From Sumerlaeia bacterium (GTDB taxonomy: Bacteria > Sumerlaeota > Sumerlaeia > SLMS01 > JAHLLQ01), in contig JAVJSW010000060.1 of assembly GCA_040219255.1 (NCBI GenBank), forward strand, positions 160,001 to 224,000: a stretch of 64,000 nucleotides of DNA, given 5' to 3'. The first letter of the stretch is position 1. Each line of letters starts with the position of its first letter. Below, piece by piece: positions 28,535 through 37,448 of the stretch. Position numbers and translations under genes: made by a program. The notes under the pieces were generated by a model. That model saw nothing but the letters and a program-made list of their open reading frames with translations. It was not told the origin of the DNA and did not search any database.

Positions 28535-28652
28535 ACGTGCCCCGCGGGTCGTGCCAGAGTAATTGGAGCGGAGCGCGGAAAATGGGGAACGGAATTGGCA
28601 GTCTGGCCCTCGTTTCCGGCGATTCGGAGCAAGTCTGAAGAAAGGTTCCACC

Positions 28653-28778
28653 ATGCAAGAACTCGCGATATTCGCCATGGGCGTCTGGATTCTGGGATTC
28701 CTGATGGGGGTCTGGGCGGCGGACCGGCCACGCCCGGGCGCGAAGCGATGGTTGTCCTCTTTCCGGCAGCCTGACTAA
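28653..28778 (+). CDS. Putative 41-aa single-TM small protein
   Basis: AAAGG RBS, hydrophobic LAIFAMGVWILGFLMGVWAA followed by a basic tail, then a terminator-like AAAAGGGA…TCCCTTTT. Confidence 0.4.
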   Translation: MQELAIFAMGVWILGFLMGVWAADRPRPGAKRWLSSFRQPD

Positions 28779-28909
28779 AAGGGAACACCTTTCCCGGAGG
28801 ACGGCTGTCCCTTTTCATCCGGCCCGAACCGCAAAACGCTCGACACCCCGGCCCTCACTCGCTCCCAATGCGGGGACTTGTCAGAGTTCGACGGGGGTGC
28901 CCCAAGACC

Positions 28910-30616
28910 ATGCCGAAATTGCTCGTGGAGCAAGGCCCCCTGCTGGGCTTGGAGTTCAAACTCGACGGTCCCGGCCGCTACCTCGTCGGGCGCCATCCCG
29001 ACGCTGACATCGAGCTGCCGGACCATCACGCGTCGCGCTATCATGCCGAAGTGCGCTTCTCCCACGGCGGCGATTGCTGGACCGTTCACGACCTGAATTC
29101 GAGCAACGGCACATTCGTCAACGGCGAGCGGCTGACGGTGATGCGGACCCTGGTCAGCGGCGACCGCATCACGATCGGCGACACGATCCTGGCGTTCGAT
29201 CCGCACCGGGCCTCCGACGTGGAAATCGTGGCGGGCCGCGATTCCGGCGAAGTCGCCGTCGCCAAGGCCACCGTCGGTGACGAAGGAACGTTGCTGGGCT
29301 TCGATTTCGGCGCCGGCCATCTGTCCGCCCTGGAAACCCTCGATCCGCTGACCCAACTGAAAATCGTCTATCACTACGCCGACCTGATGCGCCAGGCCAC
29401 GACCCTCGGCCAAGTGCTCGACACGGTGCAGGACGCGGCGTTTCGGGTGCTCTGTCCAGACCGGGTGGCGGTGCTGCTCAAGACCGGCTGCGACGGGGCC
29501 CTCGAACCCGCCGCCTCCCGCAACGCGGTGCCGCGCAATGTCACTGGCCGCAGCCGCGCCTTGACCATCAACAACGCCATCATCGCGCTTTGTGTCGAGA
29601 AGCGCAAACCGGTCGTGGTGCGCGACGCCATTTCCGACGAGCGATTTTCCTCGTGCAACAGCATCCAGGCGGCGGACGTGGGCTCGGCGCTGAGCATGCC
29701 CCTCATTTCCGGCAACGAGGTAGTGGGCGTCGTCTATGTGGACACGATTCGCGGCGCGCGGCCGTTTTCCGAGCCGGTTATCGAACTGGCCGCGGCGATC
29801 GGAAACCAGGCGGCCCTGGCTATCGCCAACGCGCTTCATCATCAGAGCGAAATCGAGCGCCGCGAAGAGCGCATGCAGCTCGAGGTGGCGCGCCGCATCC
29901 ACGGCCGCCTGCTCGCCAACTCCACCTTCGAGAATCGCGAGGTCGAAGCTTTCGGCTACAATCGCCCCAGCAGCCACGTCGGCGGCGACTTTCACGGCAT
30001 TTTCAAGACGGAGAAGGGCCCCCTTCTGGCCATCGCCGACTCGACCGGCCATGGCGTCGGCGCCGCCCTCCTGATGAGTACCGTGCGCGCCTATCTGCTG
30101 GCGACGCTCGAGGCAAGCGACCTGAGCCTGAGCGAACTGCTGACGCGGCTTAACAAACTGCTCCTGCCCGACATGGACCGGGGCCTGTTCATTTCGTTCC
30201 TGGTGGCGCGCCTGCACCACGATCGCGAAGGCCAACTGGTCCTTCACTATAGCTGCGCCGGCCATGAACCACCGCTGCTCTACCGCCCCTCCACGGACGA
30301 ATTCATCACGCTGTCGGTCGGCGGCCTGGTCCTCGGCATGGCGGGGGATTTCCCCTACAAGGACGCCCCCCCTGTGGTCATGGAGCCGCGAGACACCCTC
30401 TGCTTCTTCACCGATGGCGTGGTCGAGCAGATGAATCCCGACGGCCGCGAATTTGGGCTCGAAGGCTTGCGGAGCGCGCTCAAGGCCGCCTCCCGCGAAC
30501 CCACCGTCAAAGCCGCCAGTGCCGCCATCCTGGCGCGGGTCGACGAGTGGCGCGGCACACAGACGCAGGGCGACGATTTGTCCCTCCTGCTTCTGCGCGT
30601 GCGCGATCGCGATTGA
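28910..30616 (+). CDS. FHA + GAF + PP2C/SpoIIE Ser/Thr phosphatase
   Basis: FHA (VGR…ASRYHA…DLNSSNGTFVNG), GAF, PP2C motifs VGGDF, IADSTGHG, CAGHEPP, FTDGVVE, DDLS. Confidence 0.9.
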   Translation: MPKLLVEQGPLLGLEFKLDGPGRYLVGRHPDADIELPDHHASRYHAEVRFSHGGDCWTVHDLNSSNGTFVNGERLTVMRTLVSGDRITIGDTILAFDPHRASDVEIVAGRDSGEVAVAKATVGDEGTLLGFDFGAGHLSALETLDPLTQLKIVYHYADLMRQATTLGQVLDTVQDAAFRVLCPDRVAVLLKTGCDGALEPAASRNAVPRNVTGRSRALTINNAIIALCVEKRKPVVVRDAISDERFSSCNSIQAADVGSALSMPLISGNEVVGVVYVDTIRGARPFSEPVIELAAAIGNQAALAIANALHHQSEIERREERMQLEVARRIHGRLLANSTFENREVEAFGYNRPSSHVGGDFHGIFKTEKGPLLAIADSTGHGVGAALLMSTVRAYLLATLEASDLSLSELLTRLNKLLLPDMDRGLFISFLVARLHHDREGQLVLHYSCAGHEPPLLYRPSTDEFITLSVGGLVLGMAGDFPYKDAPPVVMEPRDTLCFFTDGVVEQMNPDGREFGLEGLRSALKAASREPTVKAASAAILARVDEWRGTQTQGDDLSLLLLRVRDRD

Positions 30617-30755
30617 TCGCGCCCGGGGAACAAATCCTCCCGGGCGATCGTCTCAGATTCCGCCGCATCGATCCATTCGACCTGTTTCTTGCGTCACAAT
30701 ACCAATGGGGCCTCAAGAGCCCGATGCCTTACCGATTTCACAGGACAATGCACCC

Positions 30756-31676
30756 ATGCCACGCTTCATCGCCCATTTCCTTCCCACCCTTGCAATTTTC
30801 TGCGCGGTGCTGACGACCGGCTGCGCGACATTTCGTACCGGCGAACGCGCCGTCGCCAACACGCTCATCCCGCCCGCGCAGGAGGCCCAGCTCGGCCAGG
30901 AGTACGCCAAGCAGATCGAGCAGGAAGTCCAGATTGTGGACGACCCTCTGGCCAACGAATGGGTGCGCGAGATGGGCAATAGAATCCTGGAGCACTCGCC
31001 CTCCGTGGACCAGGAATTCACCTTCCAGGTGACCGCCGACAAAGCGGTCAACGCGTTCGCCATTCCGGGGGGCTTCTGTTACGTCAACCTGGGGCTGATC
31101 CTGTACGCGGAGAACGAGGCCCAGGTCGCCGCGGTGATGGCCCATGAGATCAGCCACGTTACCATGGATCACGGCATCCGCAGCCTGACGCGTCAGGTCG
31201 GTCTGTCGAAAGCGGCCGAGGTTCTGGGCGAACAAGGCACCGCGGGCCAGATCGCGGCGCTGGCCCTGCAGGGCGGCGGCGTCGTGGCCGTCCGCCAGTT
31301 CAGCCAGCGCGACGAACTGGAAGCCGACGCCGTCGGCGTGGAAGCGATGTACGAAGCGGGCTATCATCCGCGGGAGGCGGTTGAGTTCTTCAAGCGCCTC
31401 CACGAACTGGGCAGTGGCGAGCCCTCGACCATCGAGCAGCTCATTTCGACCCACCCCACGACGCCTGATCGCATCCAGGCCCTGGAAAATCAGATCGCCA
31501 ATTACAACCTGTCGCGGTCGGACCTGACCGTCAACAGCCCTCAATTCCAGAAGGTCCAGGAGCGGCTCCGGAGCGAGTATGGCGGCTTACAGAGTGCCTG
31601 GGCACCCGGCGAGGGGAGCGAATTTCTGGCCTCCTTGAACGACTGTCCATTCTGCGCGGCCCACGCTGGGTTCTAA
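30756..31676 (+). CDS. M48 family zinc metalloprotease, probable lipoprotein
   Basis: Lipobox-like LTTGC, NAFAIPGG, AHEISH, ELEAD, STHP…RI. Confidence 0.88.
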   Translation: MPRFIAHFLPTLAIFCAVLTTGCATFRTGERAVANTLIPPAQEAQLGQEYAKQIEQEVQIVDDPLANEWVREMGNRILEHSPSVDQEFTFQVTADKAVNAFAIPGGFCYVNLGLILYAENEAQVAAVMAHEISHVTMDHGIRSLTRQVGLSKAAEVLGEQGTAGQIAALALQGGGVVAVRQFSQRDELEADAVGVEAMYEAGYHPREAVEFFKRLHELGSGEPSTIEQLISTHPTTPDRIQALENQIANYNLSRSDLTVNSPQFQKVQERLRSEYGGLQSAWAPGEGSEFLASLNDCPFCAAHAGF

Positions 31677-31730
31677 CGAGAGCCCGCGGCGGCGGCCGGG
31701 CGGCAGAGAATCCTTGCGCCTTGGCCGGGT

Positions 31731-31746
31731 TGGCACTTGAAGTGCT
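31731..31746 (+). promoter_or_regulatory. Candidate sigma-54 (-24/-12) promoter
   Basis: TGGCACTTGAAGTGCT has GG-N10-GC spacing and lies about 115 bp upstream of the ABC ATPase. Confidence 0.6.
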
Positions 31747-31862
31747 TCCCTCTAAGCCCCCGGGCCGGTTCCGGGAGGTGGCGGGGCATTGCCTGCCCGC
31801 CATCGCGAACCGGCGGATGCGGGCTGAGAAAAAGCCAACCCCAACGAAGACGGACCTAACCC

Positions 31863-32900
31863 ATGAGTGCGGTCATCGAAATCGAAGGCCTGACAAAAGT
31901 TTACGTTCAGGATTTTCTCGGTCTAGAGCACGGGCGCGTAAAAATGCGGTTTCGCAACCGCAAGCGTGTCGCTTTGGACCACCTCGATCTGAAGATTGAG
32001 GAAGGCCAGATTTTCGGTCTCCTCGGCCCCAACGGCGCCGGTAAGACGACCACCATCAAGATCCTGATGGGGCTTCATTACGCCACCTCGGGCAACGCCC
32101 GCATCATGGGCAAGGCCCTGGGCGATCTGGATGTGAAGAAGCAGATCGGTTTCCTGCCGGAAAACGCCAACTTCTACGATTACCTGACGGGCGAGGAGTT
32201 CCTCGATTTCTACGGTCAGCTCTACGGCATGGACCGCGCGTCGCGGCGCCGGCGCATTCCCGAACTGCTGGAGCTGGTGGGCCTCGGCCATGCGGGCGCT
32301 ATTCCGTTGCGGGGCTACTCCAAGGGCATGCAGCAGCGCGCCGGTTTGGCGCAGGCGCTCCTCAACGATCCCAAGCTCGTCATCCTCGACGAGCCCCAGT
32401 CGGGGCTCGATCCCTTCGGCCGCAAGGAAGTCCGCGACCTCATCCTCAAGCTCAAGGAGGAGGGCAAGACGGTGATGTTCAGCAGCCACATCCTGGGCGA
32501 CGCGGAGATGATCTGCGACCGGGTGGCGATTCTCCACCAAGGCAAACTGATCGCCGAAGGCCATCTGGGCGAGCTGCTCTCGACGCGCATCAGCGACTAC
32601 GAAGTGGCGATCAGCGATCCGTCGGAGGCGCTCCTGAAGGAACTGCGCGATTCCACGACACGCCTGGTCGAGCGGCGCACCGATTTCCTCGCCGTCTTCG
32701 ACTCGGAGGACAAAGCGAAAGCGGTGATCGGCCGCGTGGTGGCGGGCGAGGGCAAACTGCTGGGTTACACACCGCGCCGCGAAACGTTGGAAGATTACTT
32801 TATTCGCGAAATCGAACTGAAACGCTCGGCCGAGCGAGGCAACGCCCCCGTCCTTCCGGCGGCCAAGAACGAGACGCAAGAGGAGGCGAAGGAGGCATGA
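31863..32900 (+). CDS. ABC transporter ATP-binding protein (PilH-like exporter type)
   Basis: GPNGAGKTT, YSKGMQQR, ILDEP, SSH. Confidence 0.9.
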   Translation: MSAVIEIEGLTKVYVQDFLGLEHGRVKMRFRNRKRVALDHLDLKIEEGQIFGLLGPNGAGKTTTIKILMGLHYATSGNARIMGKALGDLDVKKQIGFLPENANFYDYLTGEEFLDFYGQLYGMDRASRRRRIPELLELVGLGHAGAIPLRGYSKGMQQRAGLAQALLNDPKLVILDEPQSGLDPFGRKEVRDLILKLKEEGKTVMFSSHILGDAEMICDRVAILHQGKLIAEGHLGELLSTRISDYEVAISDPSEALLKELRDSTTRLVERRTDFLAVFDSEDKAKAVIGRVVAGEGKLLGYTPRRETLEDYFIREIELKRSAERGNAPVLPAAKNETQEEAKEA

Positions 32901-33841
32901 AAGTCCTCGCGATTGCCGTAAACACATTCAAGGAAGCGGTGCGGAATCGGATTCTGTACGTGCTGCTATTCTTCGCCGTGCTGGTGCTGCTGGGGGCCTG
33001 GGTGGCCTCCACGCTGTCGATCTTCGGCAAAGAGAAAATCATCCGCGATCTGGGCGTGGCGGCCATCAATGTCATCGCCGTGCTGATCGCCGTCTTCGTC
33101 GGTGTGGGCCAGATCTACAACGATCTGGACAAGAAGACCATCTACACCATCGTGTCGAAACCGATCAGCCGCTGGCAGTTCCTCTTGGGTAAGTACCTCG
33201 GCCTGATGCTCACCATCGCGGTGAACGTCCTCATCATGACGTTTTTCTTCCTGGCGGTTCTTTACTTCCGCCATTTCATCTCCGACGAGGTGATTTCCCA
33301 GGCGATGGGTGTCGCCATGGGGGAAGCCGCGGGCGGGGGCTCCATCCTCCTGTATTACATCGTCTCGTTCCTCAAGTCCGTCTTCATGGCCATCGGCACG
33401 ATTCTCAGCCTGGGGCTCTACAACACCGATGCGACGGTGGGGATCATGGGCGCTTCCCTGCTGACGATTCTCGAACTCTGCGTCATCACCGCTTTCGCGA
33501 TCCTGTTCTCGTCGTTCTCCAGCCCGACGCTGTCGGCGTTCCTGACCCTGACGGCGTTCATCATCGGGCGGGCGAACCGCGACATCTACTACTTCGGTGA
33601 ACTGCTCGTCAGTCGCGCCCGGGGTTTCGAGAATCTGGAAGCGGGCCAGGTGATGGCTTTCTATCTGTCGCGGGCGGCGGCGTTCCTGACCCCCAACCTC
33701 GACCGCTTCAACAAGCGGGATCTGGTGGCGGAAATGCAGGCCATCCCCTTCGATCCACTGGCCGTTCTCTACGGCCTTGGATACGCGGCGGTGGTGCTGA
33801 TGGTGGCGATGGTGATCTTCAACCGGCGGAACTTCAAATAA
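32897..33841 (+). CDS. ABC-2 type permease (PilI-like)
   Basis: IAVNTFKEAVRNRILY, KKTIYTIVSKPISRWQFLLGKYLG, ends FNRRNFK. ATGA overlap with the ATPase gene. Confidence 0.85.
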   Translation: MKVLAIAVNTFKEAVRNRILYVLLFFAVLVLLGAWVASTLSIFGKEKIIRDLGVAAINVIAVLIAVFVGVGQIYNDLDKKTIYTIVSKPISRWQFLLGKYLGLMLTIAVNVLIMTFFFLAVLYFRHFISDEVISQAMGVAMGEAAGGGSILLYYIVSFLKSVFMAIGTILSLGLYNTDATVGIMGASLLTILELCVITAFAILFSSFSSPTLSAFLTLTAFIIGRANRDIYYFGELLVSRARGFENLEAGQVMAFYLSRAAAFLTPNLDRFNKRDLVAEMQAIPFDPLAVLYGLGYAAVVLMVAMVIFNRRNFK

Positions 33842-33882
33842 CGAGGGCAAGTCAGCCCGGCGACCGATGGAAGGACCTGGGA

Positions 33883-35367
33883 ATGCGTTTCCTGAACGTG
33901 AAAGAAATCATCCTGCTGGCCGCGGCGTCCGCCATTCTGGCCCTCTGCGCCCTCTACCAGGATAAAGTCGTCTATCACGACAAGTGGTGGCGCGGCAGCG
34001 GCGCCTACGTGCAGAAGGTCCGCCTGCCCAAACCCGAAGTCGTCAAGGTGGCGGCGCTCGGCTACGACAACCTTTATGCCGATTATCTGACGCTGAAGGC
34101 GATCCAGCAGTTCGGCGCCGGCTGGCGAACGACCGATGGCTCCACCGAACCGATTTACGAGTTCTTCGACCTTATCACCGAACTCGACCCCCATTTCACC
34201 GGAGCCTATGAATTCGGCAATATGATCCTCTCCGACGACCGGGGCGATCACGAGGCCGGCATGCGGCTCGTCGAGAAGGGTATCAAGAACAACCCCGATC
34301 ACTGGAAACTGGCTTACCTGGGCATCTACACGTCGATCTGGGGGGCGGAAGATCCGGAGCGCGCCCTCGAGTTTCTCGAGTACGCCAAGCGGGCGGAAGA
34401 CACCCCCGGCTATGTGCTCCGCATGGGCGAATTCGCCAAGCGCCTCATGGGCAATTATCCCGCGGCCTTCGAGTTCCTGATGGAACAAATGATCGACTAT
34501 CTGGAAAAGGGCCAGACCTTCGAAGCGGAAGTGGCTCTTCTGCGCTTTCAGGGAAGCCTCGACTCCTGGTACAAACAGGAGCTTCGCAAAGCGGCGGAGC
34601 GTTACCACGACGCCTTCGACGCCCATCCGGCGCAAATCGAGGAACTTTTCGACCCGGAAATCATGCCGCCCTACCAGGCGCCGACGATGGAAAACATCCG
34701 CGAGATTTTCGAGCTGGCGAGAAAATCCCCCGCCGACGCCCGCGACAGGATGGGCGCCCTCGTGCAAGCCGCCTACGAGCCGATCGTCGGCCTGCCGCCC
34801 GATCCCTTCGGCACCTGGTACTACATCGACACCGAAATGCGCGACGAATTCATCTCGAACTACGCGCTCGACATTTCTTCCACGGCCCCGCTCCAACAGC
34901 GATTTCCCTACTTCGCCGCCGCCCGCGAAGAACTGGAGGATGTGAATCAGCGCTCCATGGACGCTCAGCGTTTCATTCTGGATTTCAAGCAGAAGAACGA
35001 CGACTTCCCCTCCGCGGAAGACATGGCCGCCTACACGACCGCCGATCCGATGGGCGGACATTATGTGTACAATCCCGAGTTGAGCGACGAGGGATTCCCC
35101 ACCTTTTTCTCGACCACCACCATGCGCGTGAACGAAGGCCGGGAACCCCGCATGGGTTTGCGCGGTCTAGAGATGCCAGAGCGTCCAGTCTCGATCGAAG
35201 GGATGCCGGACTACCTGCAACCCGAGCCCAGCATCTGGGATTATCCAGTGGATATCGAGTGGGCGCGCGGACGCGGTTTGCTCGAGGGTGTGCGGATTCC
35301 TCGCCAGCCCGCCTACATCACCGGTGGTGGAGGCGCCACCGCCGAAGCGCCATTGCCCTCGAGCTGA
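33883..35367 (+). CDS. Membrane-anchored TPR-like accessory protein (PilG-like)
   Basis: N-terminal TM. 'LGYDNLYADYLTLKAIQ…DLITELDPHF…AYEFG…EKGIKNNPDHWKL' followed by helical repeats. Confidence 0.6.
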   Translation: MRFLNVKEIILLAAASAILALCALYQDKVVYHDKWWRGSGAYVQKVRLPKPEVVKVAALGYDNLYADYLTLKAIQQFGAGWRTTDGSTEPIYEFFDLITELDPHFTGAYEFGNMILSDDRGDHEAGMRLVEKGIKNNPDHWKLAYLGIYTSIWGAEDPERALEFLEYAKRAEDTPGYVLRMGEFAKRLMGNYPAAFEFLMEQMIDYLEKGQTFEAEVALLRFQGSLDSWYKQELRKAAERYHDAFDAHPAQIEELFDPEIMPPYQAPTMENIREIFELARKSPADARDRMGALVQAAYEPIVGLPPDPFGTWYYIDTEMRDEFISNYALDISSTAPLQQRFPYFAAAREELEDVNQRSMDAQRFILDFKQKNDDFPSAEDMAAYTTADPMGGHYVYNPELSDEGFPTFFSTTTMRVNEGREPRMGLRGLEMPERPVSIEGMPDYLQPEPSIWDYPVDIEWARGRGLLEGVRIPRQPAYITGGGGATAEAPLPSS

Positions 35368-35464
35368 TCCCGCTCGGTCCAAGGGCGCCAAACCTCCGGC
35401 CCCCGGCCTTGGTCATGATACGTGGCTGGTGGCCGGGGGGCCGAACCTTTACGGAGCGACCCGA

Positions 35465-36073
35465 GTGGCCCTGAAAGACATCCCGGAGTCCCTGATCGAG
35501 CGCTGTCAAAACGGCGAGGCGAAAGCCTTCGACGAACTGTTCAACGCGATCCGGGACGACCTCTTTCGCTGGATCTACTCCATGGTCCGCGACGAGGAGG
35601 ATGCTCAGGAGATCATGCAGGATTGCTGCGTGCGGATCTTCCGTCACATCGGCCGCCTGAAGGATCCGGCCCGGTTCTCTTCCTGGGCGTCGCGCATGGT
35701 CGTCAATCAGACCAACACGTGGCGTGTCAAGGCGCGGCGCACGCGCCTCGAACACCTGGAAGAAGGCTGGGAAGTTCCCAACGAGCGCCTGCCGTTGCAG
35801 GGGCTCGCGGACACGAATCCCCGGGCGGCGGCTTCGCGACGGGAAATCCTGCGCGATGTCAACGAGGCGATCAAATCCCTCCCACCCCGCCAGCGCACCG
35901 CCGTCATGCTCTTCGACGTGCAGAACTGGACCATCCGCCAGATCGCGGAGGACCTCGGCTGCACCGAAGGCGCGGTCAAATTCAATATCTTCCAGGGCCG
36001 GCGCAAACTCCGCCAACTCCTGGAAGGCTACCTGGACGAATCGGGACAACCGATTCTGAAGGAAGCGGAGTAA
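35465..36073 (+). CDS. ECF-type RNA polymerase sigma factor
   Basis: Region 2 (AFDELF…DAQEIMQD…FSSW) and region 4 (LPPRQRTAV…IAEDLGCTEGAVKF). GTG start inferred. Confidence 0.88.
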   Translation: MALKDIPESLIERCQNGEAKAFDELFNAIRDDLFRWIYSMVRDEEDAQEIMQDCCVRIFRHIGRLKDPARFSSWASRMVVNQTNTWRVKARRTRLEHLEEGWEVPNERLPLQGLADTNPRAAASRREILRDVNEAIKSLPPRQRTAVMLFDVQNWTIRQIAEDLGCTEGAVKFNIFQGRRKLRQLLEGYLDESGQPILKEAE

Positions 36074-36091
36074 GGGAGGCTGGGCTCAGCC

Positions 36092-37219
36092 ATGAAAGAA
36101 TCGGATTTCGACAGGGATTGGGAAGCGGACGACGTGACCATACCGGCCCACTGGGACCCCACGGAGGACGCCGACGAGCGTTGGCAATCGATCGTTTCCA
36201 TGATGCGTGAAGCGGACGAGGCGCCCATGCCGTTGCCGGCTCAATTCGACGCCATCAAGCTGGCCGCCCTGAAGGGCGCCGGCGTTACCGGAGCGCCCGA
36301 CCGAACGGCGGACGAATCGTTCTTCGGATGGTTGCGCCATACGGTCTTTGGCGGGGGAGCGGGCGCCCAGGCGTTTCGCATGGCCTGCGGAGCCGCCGTG
36401 GCCTTCCTTGTCGGTTGGCAATTCAGCCCCCGCTCCGCTCCCTCGCCGACCCCTGGCACCGGCGCCGCCCCCGCTGCCGAGGTCCGCGGCGCCGCGCCCG
36501 CCGGTGACGACCTCGCCGCCGCGAACTCCGGCAGCCAAACCGCCCCTCGCCCCGCCAACGAACCCGCGCCCCTGAACATTCCCACGGAGTCGATGCTGGT
36601 TCGCTCAGGGCTGACCGAGGACGGCAGACTGCGCAGCGTGCAGCAGGTCAACGACAACTGGGGTTTCGATCACAACGCCCTGGGTTCGAACGCGGGCTGG
36701 ATCGTTGAGCCCCAACCGGCTTTCACCACAGTGGGCAACACGCCCGGTGCCGGGTCCGCCGCCATGGCGCGCCAGGAAGCGGTCGAAGCCCTGCAGCAAC
36801 TGCGATTCCTCAGCCTCGTTCGCCGCGATCAGGACGGCCTGAATCAAGTGCGGCGCCTGGAATGGGCGCTCAAGCCGATGCTGATGCAGGATGAAGCCGC
36901 AGGCGCCATTCCCCGGGCGGAAAACGCCGCCCTCGAATCCTATCGCCGCGGTGAAGAACTCGCCGCCGCGAACCGCCACGCCGAAGCGCTCGAAAGCTTC
37001 GGCCAGGCGCGTCGGCTCGTCCCGGGCAGCTTCCTGGCCTTTCTCTCCCAATACCAGATCGCCCGAATCCAGTACGAGGTTCTGAAGGACTACCCCGCGG
37101 CCCGCGAATCCTATCGCATCGCCCTCGAGGAATACCCGGCCCACTTCCTGACCGACGAACACAAGGCCACGATCCTCGACCGCATGGAAGAACTGACCCG
37201 CGCCGGACGGCCGGAGTAG
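36092..37219 (+). CDS. Putative anti-sigma factor with TM and C-terminal TPR
   Basis: Directly follows the ECF gene, GGAGG RBS, one TM (GAAVAFLVGW), C-terminal TPR pair (A…Y..ALEEYP). Confidence 0.55.
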   Translation: MKESDFDRDWEADDVTIPAHWDPTEDADERWQSIVSMMREADEAPMPLPAQFDAIKLAALKGAGVTGAPDRTADESFFGWLRHTVFGGGAGAQAFRMACGAAVAFLVGWQFSPRSAPSPTPGTGAAPAAEVRGAAPAGDDLAAANSGSQTAPRPANEPAPLNIPTESMLVRSGLTEDGRLRSVQQVNDNWGFDHNALGSNAGWIVEPQPAFTTVGNTPGAGSAAMARQEAVEALQQLRFLSLVRRDQDGLNQVRRLEWALKPMLMQDEAAGAIPRAENAALESYRRGEELAAANRHAEALESFGQARRLVPGSFLAFLSQYQIARIQYEVLKDYPAARESYRIALEEYPAHFLTDEHKATILDRMEELTRAGRPE

Positions 37220-37448
37220 CCAGCAAAGCGAGGAGGAGTTTGGAACCGCGCGCGACGGCCGAGTCCCCGAACACCCAGCCGTCGGCGCCGGATCCTTTTT
37301 TCTTGATTCGGTAGGACCGCGCCGGGCAGTCTTTCGCCTGATCTCCGCCCCGGGCGGACCGACTCCGATCCAGGATTGCACCGCTCTCGTGTCCAGGCCG
37401 CCCCGGAAACCGACCTCTACCGCTCGCTTCATCCGATTCCGGGTGCGC

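Noticed and set aside
28540-28557. Minus-strand TGGCACG upstream of the DUF2267 gene
   Set aside because: The spacing gives GG-N10-GG, not GC.
30615-30650. Hairpin CGCCCGGG…CCCGGGCG after the phosphatase gene as a terminator
   Set aside because: There is no U-tract on either side, so it may be a chance GC-rich stem.
35385-35460. ECF autoregulatory promoter (AAACC…GTCA / GAACC) upstream of the ECF gene
   Set aside because: The matches are too short and degenerate to support without a group-specific motif.
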